Positions 49,290-63,141 of a DNA stretch of 64,000 nt are shown here, piece by piece (the first letter of the stretch is position 1; each line of letters starts with the position of its first letter). The stretch is from the NCBI GenBank assembly GCA_964270895.1, contig OZ185436.1. The stretch is one strand, 5' to 3'. The stretch comes from Podarcis filfolensis. Lineage: Eukaryota. Made by a program: the position numbers and the translations under genes. A model generated the notes under the pieces. It did no database searches and had not been told where the DNA came from. It was given only the letters and a program-made list of their open reading frames with translations.

Positions 49290-49654
49290 TACTCGATTCT
49301 GACCAAACTAAGCCTCCCGATTTATATTTTCACAAACCCAAGCCTCAATCATAATTCCTAAAGATACAACTATGACTGCCCAAACAAAATAGTTTTTGAA
49401 ACCTGATGAAACCCAAGCCATTTGTCTTAACACTGCAGTTTTTTGTGGTAAAAGTACTTTGAGTATTGCTCAAGAAGAGTTTTCTTGCCAGCAAGGGCTT
49501 TCCTATACCGAGCTGCAAGCCAATTAAGTACATCTTAAATCAATTAATCACGAGTTTTAATTGCGTCATTGATTGTATTGGTTATACTTGCATAAATCCA
49601 AAGCTCGGTTGGGGTGAATGTTCCTTAAGCAATATACTTCCTTTGATTTTAGAC

Positions 49655-49790
49655 CAGGCATAGGCAAACTCGGCCCTCCAGATGTTTTGGGACTACAACT
49701 CCCATCATCCCTAGCTAGCAGGATCAGTGGTCAGGGATGATGGGAGTTGTAGTCCCAAAACATCTGGAGGGCCGAGTTTGCCTATGCCTG
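49655..49790. mobile_element. hAT MITE (about 135-bp palindrome)
   Basis: CAGGCATAGGCAAACTCGGCC...GGCCGAGTTTGCCTATGCCTG; TSD TTTTAGAC / TTTTAGAT. Confidence 0.92.
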
Positions 49791-50648
49791 TTTTAGATGA
49801 TGCACCTATGCAGAGCAATGAGTATTATCTTAGAAAAGGTGTGTGTGAGAGAGAGAAGGGGGAAGATGCATCTAGTTTTAACATAGTGCTTGGCACCTGC
49901 AGTTTTACAAAGCACTTGCAGTGAGAAATAACCAGAGCTCCGTGAGAGGATAATTTTAATGATGGGTGAAGCTCCAGAGGTAGAAATGCCTGTGCTCTTC
50001 TTTTAAGTCGAGACAAGAGTGAAGCCTGTTGCAGGCCAGAGCCTTGAGTACCCCACTGGAACAAACACAGTGCCTCAGATCACAAATGGAGCAGTCCTTT
50101 TAGAGATTTTTCTCAGTAAAATAAAACCTCTCTTGTGAGGAAAAAGAAATACATGAGCTGACTCAAGGTGCACAATTCGAAGAAAGAATAAATGTTAGAT
50201 TTTAGTATAAAGTGTTACACTCTGCAAAAGTCTGGGGGCAGTACCAGCATGAATCACAAGGAAGGAAGGCCAGAAGCGACATCTGCCTAGGAATGGATCT
50301 TTAGGGACCTGGTCTGCATAGGCAGCATACGATGCTCAGGATGTTTGAAATAAGTATTACAGCATCTTCTCTACTGGACAGCCCTGCTGGATTAATGTGG
50401 GAGATAACCTATGGAAAACAGGGTGACGGAACAGGAAGAAGTGGGGCTCAGCAAGTCCAAAAAGGTTATGCTGACCTTCGCATTCTTGTACTGCATTCAA
50501 ATATTTTATTAGGTTATTCAAATAATGTTTACTTATCCTATCTAAAAACATTTCCTGTGTTTCCTAGCTTGAAAGATGTAATTGCCAAATGCAGGAGGCT
50601 TTAAAAACAAACTAACATAAAATACTGATCCGTTAGTATGGTAAATCA

Positions 50649-50918
<270 letters not shown>

Positions 50919-53171
50919 TTACAACAGGAATGAAGCGCAGCTAACATGCAATTGTAAAACTCTTTGCAAATGCTATTTGTATAGGCAAAGTCTCCTTCTA
51001 CAGCTTTTCAAATAAAAAATGGGGAAAGTGCATTAAAAAGAATGGAAACATATTGATAAACCCATAAAATGTGCAGGCCGTGATAGGCTTCATAGACCAG
51101 TTCCTGGGCTTGGCAACCTGAGATCACAAGCTTGCAACAAGTATTGTGGTTATAAGGAAAATTTAGAGGTATTTTGTTCATTCGACTAGAAGCCTGAATA
51201 GAGAGGCTCCAATTCATTTCAAGGGCATATGCATTCGGCAGTTGGGTGGCCAGGTGACTCGTGTTGCCAGCGCCTCATGATTAGGCTGGCCTTCATCAGA
51301 GCTGTCAAACATCAATACATCAGTACCAATAAACAAATTTAAGCCTCTCTGAATCTTAAGCGTCTCTGAAAATAAGTCTCTTGAAATAAAGGAGAGGAAA
51401 GTGGGAGGACGAATTGTGGTCAGGCTGTGGGAGTATGCTAGATTAGACATTTGATAAATGAGGTGTCCACCATTATCTCCCTATACACTGCACAGCAACT
51501 TTGCACAGTTTCCAAGGGCCATTTTTATGTATATATTTATTTTTAGTATGTGAGCACTCAACACACCCTTGGTTACATCATGTTGCTGGGTCAGAAGCAG
51601 CATTTTCCTCACACCTGGAAAGAGCCTCTGATGTCCCCAAACACAAGGAAAACTTTGATCAGCAGCTCGCTTCAGTGCTTGTCACTGGGGATGGACACTG
51701 ATTTATTTCCATCATAGTTGGTTTTCAGTGAACCCTGTTCCTAAGAAGGAGCACCTCCTGGATCTCCAGCCATTTCAGTCTGGGTACTTTGGGGATCAAT
51801 TCTTCACACCACCATCAGAACTGAATGGGGCCTAGCAGATCCACAGGGAGCAGAGGCTCTCTCAGTATAGTGTAAATTTAGACATCTTTCTGAAAATATC
51901 CCCTCCTACGATTTCTTCCAATAGAAACCTTTGAATAAATGGCCTACTGATATTTGCTTTGGACTCCAGCATGCAGTATCCTTTTTCTCCTGCACAGACA
52001 GCCTATACATTTCATCAGTTGCCAACAACAGTTGCCAGTGAGAAATCATTGTCAAGCTGCCTGACGCTTTGCCGCTGGGAGAAATGGTTTCTTGCGTATC
52101 CTCAAACCTCATACATTACCCCAAAGCCTGCATGTGGAAAATCTCAGCATCCAAATAGGTTGATTTTGTTCTTGCTGGGTGAATTTGTACATGTATTATG
52201 TCTGTGATTGAAGTGTTGGATTAAAAGACATAGGAAACCAAAATGTAGCCCTTAGCCTATAGACTAGGGGTGGCTAACCCATGGTCTGTTGGCTATGTCT
52301 GGACCCAATAGGGTTTTTGTGGTCACCAAGACCTATAATATTCTGGCTGAAATGTCTCTCAATGTAGTGCTGCAGAGTGCCACAGTGGTGTTGTGGGTCA
52401 TTCACCAGCACTTCAAACACTGAGCACCTCTGCCTCAATTTATCCTGCAAAGTCGGCTCTTCTCCCATTGAAGCACCACCATTGCAAGGAGGTCTTAGTG
52501 CTCCAAAAACAGTGAGGAATTGTCAATGTGTGGCTACTTTGGAATGTTTTGCAGCTGTCTGTATTCTACGTATCTTGAAGAGCTGTGCGCTTCCCTTCTT
52601 AAAAGTGGCGACGGTATTATTTACAGTCTTCATTTCTACCACACATTTCCAAGTAGTTAGGCTTTATAGCCCTTAATAGAGCAGGCAACTGACAATCCCT
52701 GTGTTCCTAAGCTGCCCTGCTGTGTTTGCCTGCAATAAACTCACAGTAAAGCACATTACACCTTTAACAATCTGAGAATTTCCTAGGTAAGTGCTATAAA
52801 CCTCAAGTGCTGGAGGTCAGCTTAAGTTGCATTGTGTCATGTGGCTTCCCTTCTCAAGTCATAGAAAGCAACTGTAGATGATGGACAGGATGTGATAGCT
52901 AATGGAAAATCCAGACAATCAGGCTATCACCCTAAAATGGCAAGTTCTCGTATGGAAAAATATGGTCAGGTAAAAATTATGTTGTTGTATTCAACAATAT
53001 ATTCAGGTTCGTTAGGTATATGAATAAGAGTTTTGGCACAGTTGAGTTGAAAATTTGTTAGAACTTTCCCGTTGTTTATAAATAGTCATGAATATCATTT
53101 ATTTTAGTCAATAACTAGTAGTTTCAATGCTACACTATTTCTGAACACCCAGTGGAATTGATACATTAATC

Positions 53172-53307
53172 CAGGCTTCCTCAACCTCGGCCCTCCAGAA
53201 GTTTTGAGACTACAATTCCCATCATCCCTGACCACTGGTCCTACTAGCTAGGGATCATGGGAGTTGTAGGCCAAAAGCAACTGGAGGGCCGAGGTTGAGG
53301 AAGCCTG
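53172..53307. mobile_element. hAT MITE (about 135-bp palindrome, variant TIR)
   Basis: CAGGCTTCCTCAACCTCGGCC...GGCCGAGGTTGAGGAAGCCTG; TSD CATTAATC / CGTTAATC (consistent with CpG decay). Confidence 0.92.
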
Positions 53308-54307
53308 CGTTAATCCATACAAATGTAGGAAAGTCTGATCTTTTATGATTTTATCATTTTGCTAACTATGTGTGATGTTGTGGTGAGATTTTTGCACTGA
53401 AAATCTGAGGTAGCACATTTATCAGTATCCTTGTAACTCCGAATAGTGAAGTCACAAACAATTTACACAGTGTTCGCTCTTCCTAGCAAAAACATACAAT
53501 AAATAGGAAGCATGTGAGGAGAAAGTTAACCTGTTGGATAACTAGCTAGCATGAAATGGGAGACGTATTTATCAGTGAGGGTGGCATTTGGTATTACAAA
53601 AGGCACTGGCCTGTAGCTGAAAATGGCAATCCATTGTCAAGTACTGTACTTTCCCTTTTCATGTAACATAAAACTTACTCCAGTATTATTATACTGTGTT
53701 TCTTCTTGTCCTTTGACAGCAGCAGCTAAAGTTCTGGTTTAGGGACAAGGATAAGTAAGTTGTACGACAGTGTTTGCATGTCACAGTAATAGTACTTAAA
53801 AGTTTACTATGAATGCACAGAAGGCTCCCGCTTTGTTCTTGCCCTCTAGCAAACAAGGGAAACACATCATAATCCCTGTTATATACAAACAAGAGATCAC
53901 AGTTTCTTGTACTGATAATAAACTACCATGCTGAGCCAAGGTTTGCTCTTGGCTTTCCGGCCACAGCCTGCTTGGAGTGAAACAAACCACAATCCCTGGC
54001 TCGGACATAACACTAAACCAGGGATTGTGGTTTGTTTTCTTTGCCGGCTAGAGAGGAGGAGTAGGAGGAGGAACATTGGAGTGATCTCTCCATGCAAAGT
54101 GGGCCGCTACAGGGGAGTGGAGATGGGGTAACTTGAAACAGGGTTGCAGATCCTCACAGCAGCCACATGACTTGCTTAACAGCTAGCTTTGTCTGGAGTA
54201 ATATTATATGCCATGGGTTGTAGTCAACTAATGTTTATTAAGAGTAGACTCATTAAAAATAATTGACCTAAGTTAGAAATGGCCCCTGATTAATAGTTAG
54301 CTGACTA

Positions 54308-54562
54308 GTTAAAGGTAAAGGACCCCTGGGCAGTTAGGTCCAGTTGAATTCGACTATGGGATGCGGTGCTCATCTCCGCTTTCAGGCTGAAGGACCTGGC
54401 ATTTGTCCACAGACAGCTTTTCCAGGTCATGTGGCCAGCATGACAAAACCACTTCTGGCGGAACAGGACACCATGACGGAAACCAGAGCACATGGAAACT
54501 CTGTTTACCTTCCCGCCACAGTGGTACCTGTTTATCTACTCATGCTGGTATGCTTTTGAACT
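54308..54562 (-). mobile_element. 5'-truncated Sauria SINE
   Basis: The 3' two thirds only, lacking the tRNA head; TSD-like GCTGACTA at 54300-54307 and 54563-54570. Confidence 0.85.
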
Positions 54563-56454
54563 GCTGACTACCACCCTTAAGCTCTAGTCTATCCTGACAG
54601 TCAATATACTGATCAGGATGGGCTTGTGTTGACAGTTGTGGTGAGCTGTGAATTCAGCAGCTACATGTCTGTCTCCTTTAGATCAATGATACATGGGTGT
54701 AGACAGCAGAAGGAGGGCAGGCATTAGACTAAACTTCACCAGATGGTAGAACAATGACAATGACAATACTCTGGATGATGCGGAAAGCTTATCCTATATT
54801 CAAGGGAAACATCAGCACCTAGTTCCCACTCACAATGATGAAGAAACAGCCTAGATCTCCAGTCCACACTGAAAGACAGGGAGCTATAAGACAGCTGCAA
54901 GAATTGCTGGATCATACCAAGGAGACGGAGATATAAAACTGCTGCCAAATCTTTTAAAGAATTGCTACATTTTTCATTCTGATTCCTAGTATGAAGCATA
55001 GGTTTCAACGGGAGTCAGTGTAATTTGATTTTATCTTTTAAAAGCTTTTCTTAACAAGAGTGGAAGTCTAAGAAGTTCTACAAAAATATTTGTGAAGGTT
55101 TTTGTCCTTAAAAAAACAAAACACAAAATCATATTTGAGATAATATTTATCATAACAATTTGTTTGTTGGTATTAGCATACCAAATTAAGATTTCCTTTT
55201 GGCGTCAGCAAACTGCATTTTATTATGAGAATAACAAAAACCACACTGACTATATTTTCCCAGTCATGCCTGCAATTCTTTTCTCTTTGAATTACATAAG
55301 TCTTTATGTTATGACATTCTATTCCTGTTTTCATCTGGCTTTGCCAAGGAAAGTCTCCAGAATCTTCATTATAATTTCTTCTCTCAAGGATTCTGATGTT
55401 AGGTATTTTCACATGAATTTATAAAGATAACCTTAAAGGACAGAGAGGATGTATTTTAAACTGTCCTGCGTCAGCACACTACGTCTTGGCTTGGACCTCA
55501 CACAACAATAAGGACTAAGCTATCTAAAAACTGTGGTCATTAAGGGTGGGAGTAGAAGACCACCATCTTTCCAGATGTTGTCGGTCTCCAACGCTCATCA
55601 ACTTTAGCTAATTAGGCCAATGGTCAGGGATGATGAGAGTTGTAGTTCAGCAGCATCTCGAAGACCACATGTTGCCCACGGAAGATATTCAACACATAAT
55701 AGTGGGGGTGGAGGCAGAGAAGATGCTCAAGTCCTTTCCTACCCACCACTTTTCTACAACTCCCTAAATCAATTTCCCCCCACAGACTTCCATACTCAAA
55801 TTTACAGCTATATGTGATAGAATTTGAGGCACCGATGACATATAGTCCACTGCTCATGTAGTATATATATTTTTTATCCAAATGTGTGGTACCTGTGCTG
55901 TCCATTTTTTTTAGTAACCTCTATATTCCATGTATTAGATTGGAAACAGAAGGATACAGCTTCTTTCTAAATGTATGCCTGAGATACCATGTTGCAATAA
56001 CAACAGAAAACAGCAGTAGTGATGGGAACTTAAAGAATGATAAATATTGCTTGTGTACAACAGGCACGGCACATAAATAACAGCATATCGCTGACAAATG
56101 CAGATCTCAACCAGCTGTTTGGCTTGGTGAGCATGTTTCTTCTTCTTTCTGGAAGGAACTTTGTGCTTGGGCTGCTGTGTGAAGTAGCACTTAATGGTCC
56201 TGCTTCACTTTTTGTGATTGCCGGGTTTCAAACAGAGCTCCAGTAACCACAGTGGGACTGTTTCCTAGGAGCAACACTTCACATCATACTCTTCTCTACT
56301 CAAAGCTCTATCTGTGGGGTCACATAGAAACTATTCGCCTGTGTGAGCTGGCCCTTGGGCTCTCTTTATTTTCAGCCATACACCTAAGTTTGTACACGTA
56401 GCTTGTGGGTACTTCGGGATTCATTACTGTTGCTTGAGGCTCAAATGTCTTCAA

Positions 56455-56622
56455 TGGTGTGTGAAGTGCTTTCCATCAGCTTCAGCTGTGGGCCCAGCTA
56501 CACCCCTATCTGGACAGGGATAACCTAACTTCTGCTGTCTATGTTCTAGCAGCCTCAAGGTTAGATTACTGCAATGTGTTTTACATGGGGCTGCCTCTGA
56601 AGATGGTTTGGAAACTGCAGGT
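56455..56622 (+). mobile_element. L2-clade ORF2 fragment in PPARG intron 3
   Basis: Encodes SAFHQLQLWAQLHPYLDRDNLTSAVYVLAASRLDYCNVFYMGLPLKMVWKLQV (SRLDYCN..Y.GLP motif). Confidence 0.8.
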
Positions 56623-56667
56623 GACACAACTTGTTTATACATCAAAATATGTCATAATGCCAAACTA

Positions 56668-56913
<246 letters not shown>

Positions 56914-57130
56914 TTAGTTATAAGGAGTCTTCCATTGCTTCCTGCCTTATCTGTAAAAATGAACATCTATCCATTTATTCCGGAGATACCTGTGCCACAA
57001 TATGTAAGGGGAAATTATTCACATTACAAACAACAACCCATTGCTCAGAAGTTCAAACAGAAGAGTGCAGTATTTTATAAAATATATTTACTTAAAATAA
57101 GGTTGTCTTGGTTTCAATGGATGTTTCCAT

Positions 57131-57271
57131 CAGTGTTTTTTTTCTGGGGGGATGCAGGGGGATGCATACCCCTAAACATTTTGTGAATCTAAGTTTGGCC
57201 TCATTGAGGGGCAGTATTTCAATATGAGTAGGAAAATGAGAGTACCCCTAAACATTTTTTTTAAAGAACTG
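57131..57271. mobile_element. Short non-autonomous DNA element in PPARG intron 2
   Basis: cagtgtttttttt ... tttttttaaagaactg ends; internal duplicated tacccctaaacattt. Confidence 0.5.
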
Positions 57272-57889
57272 ATTACCATTACAAGCATGCAGGCTTGGAG
57301 GTAGCTATGATTAACACAACTACAAGTTATTAACTTGTTACATGTAGGATAGTGGAAAAATATTGACTTTATGTGTAACAATTGTTTATTTTATTGATTG
57401 TAACTTTGCAAAAATAATATCCTAAATAGTAATTTGGAGAAACAAGTTGGGTTAAATTATACCTTTTTAAAAAAAAAATATTTACAGCGCTGTTTTAAAG
57501 AAATGCATTTTTGTAATTTGAAAGACTATGTATGACAAAAAAAAAATATGTTATAGCTTGAACAGTTTTGGACATCTTGTGAGAAGTGTGATTTCTATTT
57601 ATTTGGTGGCCCTTGACTGTATGAGAGACACTCTCCTATTTCTGTTGAACTCCTACCTGAAGATGCATTTTGTCTCCTTAGAATATTGCGATTCAGCTTC
57701 CATTTCAACTAGAAATGGAAGGCATTTCTAGTTGAAATCAGCTTAGAAATCAGCTTAGAACAGATAAAACATGTGAAAGTTCCATGTCCTGTTCACTCAT
57801 CAGAAGCTGTGTGATCTCACATCTCAGATCATAGCAAAGGAATAAATGTTTTGAAATGATAGAAAACTTTTTAAAAGGGACGAATTTTA

Positions 57890-58093
<204 letters not shown>

Positions 58094-58757
58094 TTAAAGG
58101 AGAATTAACTGTAATCTTGAAATGCTTGTTAACATAGGCAAAACTGGTAACAGATCTATCTAGTTACAATTAGCAAGCAATAAATTAAATGTACCTATGA
58201 ACCAGCCACATCTAGCAAAGGGCTATTGAGAAGGTATTAGGTCAACAGCCTGAACTATGAGCTGGGGACATGTGGGGCAAATATCATTTCAGTCATTAAC
58301 TCAGTAGCGTGCCTTGGACAAACTACTGGCCAGGTCAGGTGTCATAACCAAATCATGGTTTCGCCCTCAGACTCACACATCCATTTCTTCCTCTATCTTC
58401 TCCTCTCCACTCTGATCGTAAACATCTTGGCTGACAATTTGTACAGCCTAGATGTTACAGCAAAGTATAGCTGCAGTAATCATAGTTTGCTGTGACATGC
58501 AACCTGGAAAATTTTTAATTGCCACAAATCATAGTTGGCCTCTAAACCAGAACTGGATATCTCATTCAAACAGTGGTTTCAACTGAGGTAAACATACAGG
58601 GTTGTAGGCCTGATCAGAATAAAGACATCCTAGTTATATACATTTATATAAAAATGTAAATAGACTATATACAATGTTTAGTTTAAACAAAAGGGGAGAG
58701 CTTTCATAAACCCTCCCCAATGGCTAAAAACAACCAAACATTTGAAATCTGACATAC

Positions 58758-58980
58758 TCTGGCATTCTTGAAACTTCACGTCATATTTATAGTCAACAGC
58801 CATCTGATCAGTTCTTGTGAGAGGAGGAAGGTCCTCATAATGTTGTGAAGAAAGGCTTGAAAAATCAACTGTAGTGAAAGGCTTTATATCAAAGGAATGC
58901 GAGTGTTCATCCATCCCAGAGAAGTCCACTGGGCTAATTCCAAAGTTCATGGGCCAAAACGGCATTTCTGTATCAACCAT
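58758..58980 (-). CDS. PPARG: PPARG coding exon 1 (A/B domain, start codon); the exon extends 8 nt upstream to the acceptor at 58988
   Basis: Translates [42 protein letters not shown]...[12 protein letters not shown]. Acceptor ttttgtttcag|GGTTTACAATG, donor CAGA|gtatgt. 223 coding nt, phase 1. Confidence 0.98.
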
Positions 58981-59134
58981 TGTAAACCCTGAAACAAAAG
59001 AGAGATGAATGAGAGATTTTTTGGGGTGGGACTACATAAATATAGTTCCTTAATTAAACATGGCCAACATAAAATCAATGTAGTGGGAAAACAGTAGTAG
59101 TAAAAAGAAGATGAGCAAAATGGATGCACAGAAA

Positions 59135-59600
59135 GTAGAGATGGACGGATATATCAATTTCAGTTTCTAATGTTTTCAGTTTTAAAGTCCAGGTCTCTGC
59201 ATTTGCATATCAGAAGTACTCATGAAAATTCATCAGTGAATTTCTACTAATATACACATATTGGTATACAGGTTTGCCTAACATACACATTTCTGCAAAG
59301 CAATTTCCTCTAATATAGTACGTTAGAATAACTGAATCATAGAGTTGGAAGGGATCCTGAGGATCATCTAGTCCAACCCGCTTGATATTATTTTCAGTAA
59401 TATATAGATCTTGATGCATACTTTACTCTAGCATATGCATTTTTGTTGACGTTACTTGGTAGGCAATCTGCACTGCAAAATTTGAAGACATGCAAATTTC
59501 AAAGGATGGCTGTTTTTCAGTTTGCATATTGCTTCAGAAAGTGTGGATTAATTAGGTTCCCTTTTAAATGCAAACATAATTAAATTTCTTCCCCACCCCT
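59135..59600 (-). mobile_element. AT-rich DNA element (AAAATGCAT family) interrupted by a CR1 tail
   Basis: Both halves match the 11087-11472 family in reverse orientation. Confidence 0.55.
59324..59380 (-). mobile_element. CR1 extreme 3' fragment
   Basis: gaatcatagagttggaagggatcc...atctagtccaaccc is the reverse complement of a CR1 3'UTR and tail (compare 37085-37140). Confidence 0.8.
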
Positions 59601-60139
59601 AACAGATAAATAGATGAAATCAAAATAGAAAGTCCATGTTCCAAAGAGAGATACTTTGGCACGCGTGCGTGCGCGCACACACACAAACAAACAACAGATG
59701 ACCATGCCAGATGTGTAAAGGCAAGTTTACCACACAGCTTGGGTAAGAGAGCACTGTTTAAGAAACGAGTCAAAAGCATATATAGGACATAATAAGCAGT
59801 TGTTCTTTGGATCCCAGCCAACATTTGTGCCCTTAAAATTGCCAATCCACAGCTAACCAAAAACAGAGAACATAGCAAGGCCAAAACACAACTTCGGTTT
59901 TCGCAAGCTCAAGAAGTAAGAGGCATAGAAACCCTGAGGGAAACTTGCTGCATCATTCCATTGAATAAATGTGAGTATCTGAGTGATATATAGCTGTTCT
60001 TTAAAAACAAAATGTACTTTTGCAAAAAGTCCATGCCTCAAAATAGGACTGGTTAGGAGAACTTATTTTTATTATCTCTGGTTTTTATTCTGACTTGGAT
60101 GGTTTTAATTTATCTGCTGTATAATCTCTTTTTTCCCTC

Positions 60140-60270
60140 TGGTAGCAGGGCTGGAAATCCCCCTTCCCCTGCCTCCCTGAGACAGTGATGAGGCACCTCA
60201 TCACAGAATACCATGCTGGGCTAGATGAGCAAATACTCTGACTCAGTATAAGGCTGCCTCATATGTTTCA
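60140..60270 (+). mobile_element. Squam2-like SINE 3' part
   Basis: gctgggctagatgagc...tctgactcagtataaggctgcctcatatg. Confidence 0.55.
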
Positions 60271-60497
60271 CTACTGGCATGAGAAAAGACACATATTTTT
60301 TCTAGCCACCTAGCAAAAGAATCTCCAAATTGACACAGTAAATCTGGAACAATACCAAACCTTGATGAAAAATAAAATAAAATAATCAGGGCATTGCAAA
60401 AGGAAATGGTTACACTGCGTCCTACTTAATAATAAAAGCAAGCATTTATATAGTGAAGGTGTGGAGAAACTTTGGTCCTCCGGAAGCTTCTGAACTA

Positions 60498-60736
60498 CAG
60501 TCATACCACGGGTTGCGAACATGATCCATGCGGGAGGCATGTTCTCAACCTGCAGCGTCGCGTCTGCGCACATGCGTGATGTGATTTGGCACTTCTGTGC
60601 ATGACGTCATTTTGCGCTTCTGCCCATGTGCAAGCGCTGAAACCCGGAAGTAACCCGTTCCGGTACTTCCGGGTTTGGTGCAGTCCGCAACCCGAAAATG
60701 CGCAACCTACAGCGTTCACAACCCGAGGTATGACTG
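60498..60736. mobile_element. Tc1/mariner MITE (third family), CpG-rich
   Basis: TIR CAGTCATACCACGGGTTGCGAAC / GTTCACAACCCGAGGTATGACTG; TA at 60496-60497 and 60737-60738. Confidence 0.92.
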
Positions 60737-61055
60737 TATTGCAATTCAGATACATCAGGAGGCTCAACAGTTCCCCACACCTGCTATAGTGCATTTCAAG
60801 CACATTTACCACACAATCCTTACCATCTCTACTTAGACATAAGTCCTACTGAATTCATTGGGGCTTACTTCCACATCATTGGGGTTAGAATGGCAGCCTA
60901 AGTACTTCTTCTTAGGAACGCTTACAAGAAGTCTGTAATGTAGTCCAGAATAAATATATAACATTGAAAAGGGTACAGGCTGAGACCACCTAGATGGTTT
61001 TCTGAACATGCACACTTTACCACTGTAACACCATTACCATTATTAAATGTATATA

Positions 61056-61312
61056 CCGCATTTTTCGCACTATAAGACGCACCAGACCATAAGACGTACC
61101 TAGTTTTTGGAGGAGGAAAACAAGAAAAAAAAAAATTCTGAATATCAGAAGCCAGAACAAGAGGGATCGCTGCGCAGCGAAAGCAGTGATCCCTCTTGCT
61201 GTTCTGGCTTCTGGGATAGCTGCGCAGCCTGCATTCGCCCCATAAGACGCACACACATTTCCCCTTACTTTTTAGGAGGGAAAAAGTGAGTCTTATAGAG
61301 CAAAAAATACGG
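61056..61312. mobile_element. Tc1/mariner (Tc2/pogo-like) MITE
   Basis: TIR CCGCATTTTTCGCACTATAAGAC / GTCTTATAGAGCAAAAAATACGG; TA on both sides. Confidence 0.92.
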
Positions 61313-61314
61313 TA

Positions 61315-61530
61315 CTTCCCTTCATCAAAAGATCTCCGGGCGGTTTACAGAATAAAATGCAAGATAAAACACAAGCAAATAATTAAACCAAAACAACAAA
61401 ACAATAACACCCCACTCCCCACAGACACATTTAAAAGGCTGCAGAATATTAATCAGCCTAGTTGAAGAGGAACGTTTTTGCCTGGCGCCTAAAAATATGA
61501 AGACCCCAGGCAAACCTCCCTGGCAGGGGT
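61315..61530 (-). mobile_element. L2-type 3' end, split by the MITE at 61056-61312
   Basis: cccttcatcaaaagatctccgggcggtttaca...gaggaacgtttttgcctggcgcctaaa; its (ATT)-like tail lies left of the MITE. Confidence 0.6.
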
Positions 61531-62425
61531 GCGAACTTGAATAAAATATCAGGGGACCCAGGCAAGCCCCACCTCACATAATCGATCACACATACCAATT
61601 GAATGGCAATGCCCATCAACATCGGGGCCCCGCCCCCTCAAATATTTTATGGGGGGGGGGCAAAGGGACCTCAACCCCTAGAAGTTGGGTCCTATGCTTT
61701 CTGGGGTTGTGGTGGTAGTTTCCCCCTCCCATATAGGCTACTGCTTAAATCGAACAACCTATCCATACCTGGTGCCTTCCAGATGTTGCTGTCAGTCACA
61801 GCTATCATGGATAATGTCTAGGGATGAGGCGAGCTGGAGCCCATCTGGAGGGCACCAGCTTGGGGAAAGCTGAATTAGAACCACAAAATACCCAAGATTA
61901 GAACTAATCTTGTAAAAAAGAGTAAAAGAAGTAAAAAAAGAGAGGCTTACTTAGCTTGGGTATTTCATTTGAACTTGGGACCTGTTGGCATGTGTGGACT
62001 TTACACCTTTATGTAATAAAAACCTGTCTGACTCTGTTTACTTTGAACCAGCTAACACCACTATGTCTTTTTCTAAGCAGCTTTTGGCGAGAAAGACAGC
62101 AATATTTTATCATGTATAACGTTATAAGAGTGAGGAGGAGAGGCTTGTGTCAACTTTTAACTTCCTCTGTGACATATGCAAACATTTCACAGTAGCTGGT
62201 GCCACTGCTAAGGCAGCAGATGTCCTCTGTGACCTGGGTGAGTCTGGGCATGCCTTTAAGTTTGCAATCCTAAGCATACGACTTTGGAAATAAACTCCCC
62301 TGAAACCAATGGGATTTTCTTCTGAGTAAACATGTCTAGGAGAAAGTTGGAAAAATACTGTTGTTTTGCTTTTAAAAAGTGATTACAACACACTTTATTT
62401 GGGTAAAAGTACTGAAAGTATAGGT

Positions 62426-62555
62426 CAGGCAAACTTGGCCCTCCAGATGTTTTGGGACTACAACTCCCATCATCCCTAGCTAACTGGACCAGTGGTCAGG
62501 GATGATGGGAACTGTAGTCTCAAAACATCTGGAGGGCCGAGTTTGCCTATGCCTG
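62426..62555. mobile_element. hAT MITE (about 130-bp palindrome, left TIR shortened)
   Basis: Perfect 8-bp TSD GTATAGGT at 62418-62425 and 62556-62563; right end GGCCGAGTTTGCCTATGCCTG. Confidence 0.92.
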
Positions 62556-63131
62556 GTATAGGTTATGTTTTTGAGTCGAAAGTTTTGACTGGTAGTACTC
62601 TTGTTCAGCAAAGATAGCTTGACTAATTCTAGAACATTCTAAAACAAAACTGGAGTAGGAGCTCAAAGAAGCAGGAGGGGTGAAAGGATTCATTGCAAAG
62701 TAGTAACTTCAAGCGATTTTACAGCCACTCCCCATCTCTTTAGAGCCTAAAAATTATGTAGTTCTGTGAAGCAGACTTCTTTAGCTGAGAATTTTCAATA
62801 TCTTCACAAAACTCTTTGAGGAAAAGCCATGAAATAAAGTCAGTTTAACTTGGTGGGAAGATGGGGATGGAAGCCTGTGAGCTGCGCTGCCACCTTATCC
62901 ACAAACATCAAAGCACTACTGTTTGATTTACTGCATCCCAGAAGCCATCCATGTTGGGATCCATCATCTGCTGCTCCATCACAACCACATTTTTCTTCTC
63001 AGCCACTGCAGGAGTCCCATATTGATGCAACAAAGCTTGTCCAAATGTCACAGAGATTTGCCATTGTGGTCAGCTGTTTGCTTGAAGTAGGACATTTATG
63101 GAATCTTAAGGTAAGACATTCACTCACTCAC

Positions 63132-63141
63132 TCACAAGCAT
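63132..63141 (-). CDS. PPARG: Candidate upstream PPARG coding mini-exon end (ATG CTT GTG A|), giving the N-terminal extension MLVRFT; 5' boundary unknown
   Basis: ATG with G at -3 and an in-frame TGA six codons upstream, followed 10 nt later by a GTGAGT donor. Phase 1 joins the exon-1 leader GG TTT ACA ATG in frame. No transcript evidence available. Confidence 0.35.

Noticed and set aside
54735-54750. CTCF-like TCACCAGATGGTAG (and GCCACTAGATGTCC near 1975)
   Set aside because: Two or more mismatches at high-information positions; indistinguishable from a plain E-box or chance.
61956-62195. ORF ending in ANISQ, like the end of mammalian PPARG2 exon B (LSANISQ)
   Set aside because: It is on the opposite strand to PPARG, followed by TAG rather than a donor, and has no similarity to MGETLGDSPIDPES. 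Coincidence.
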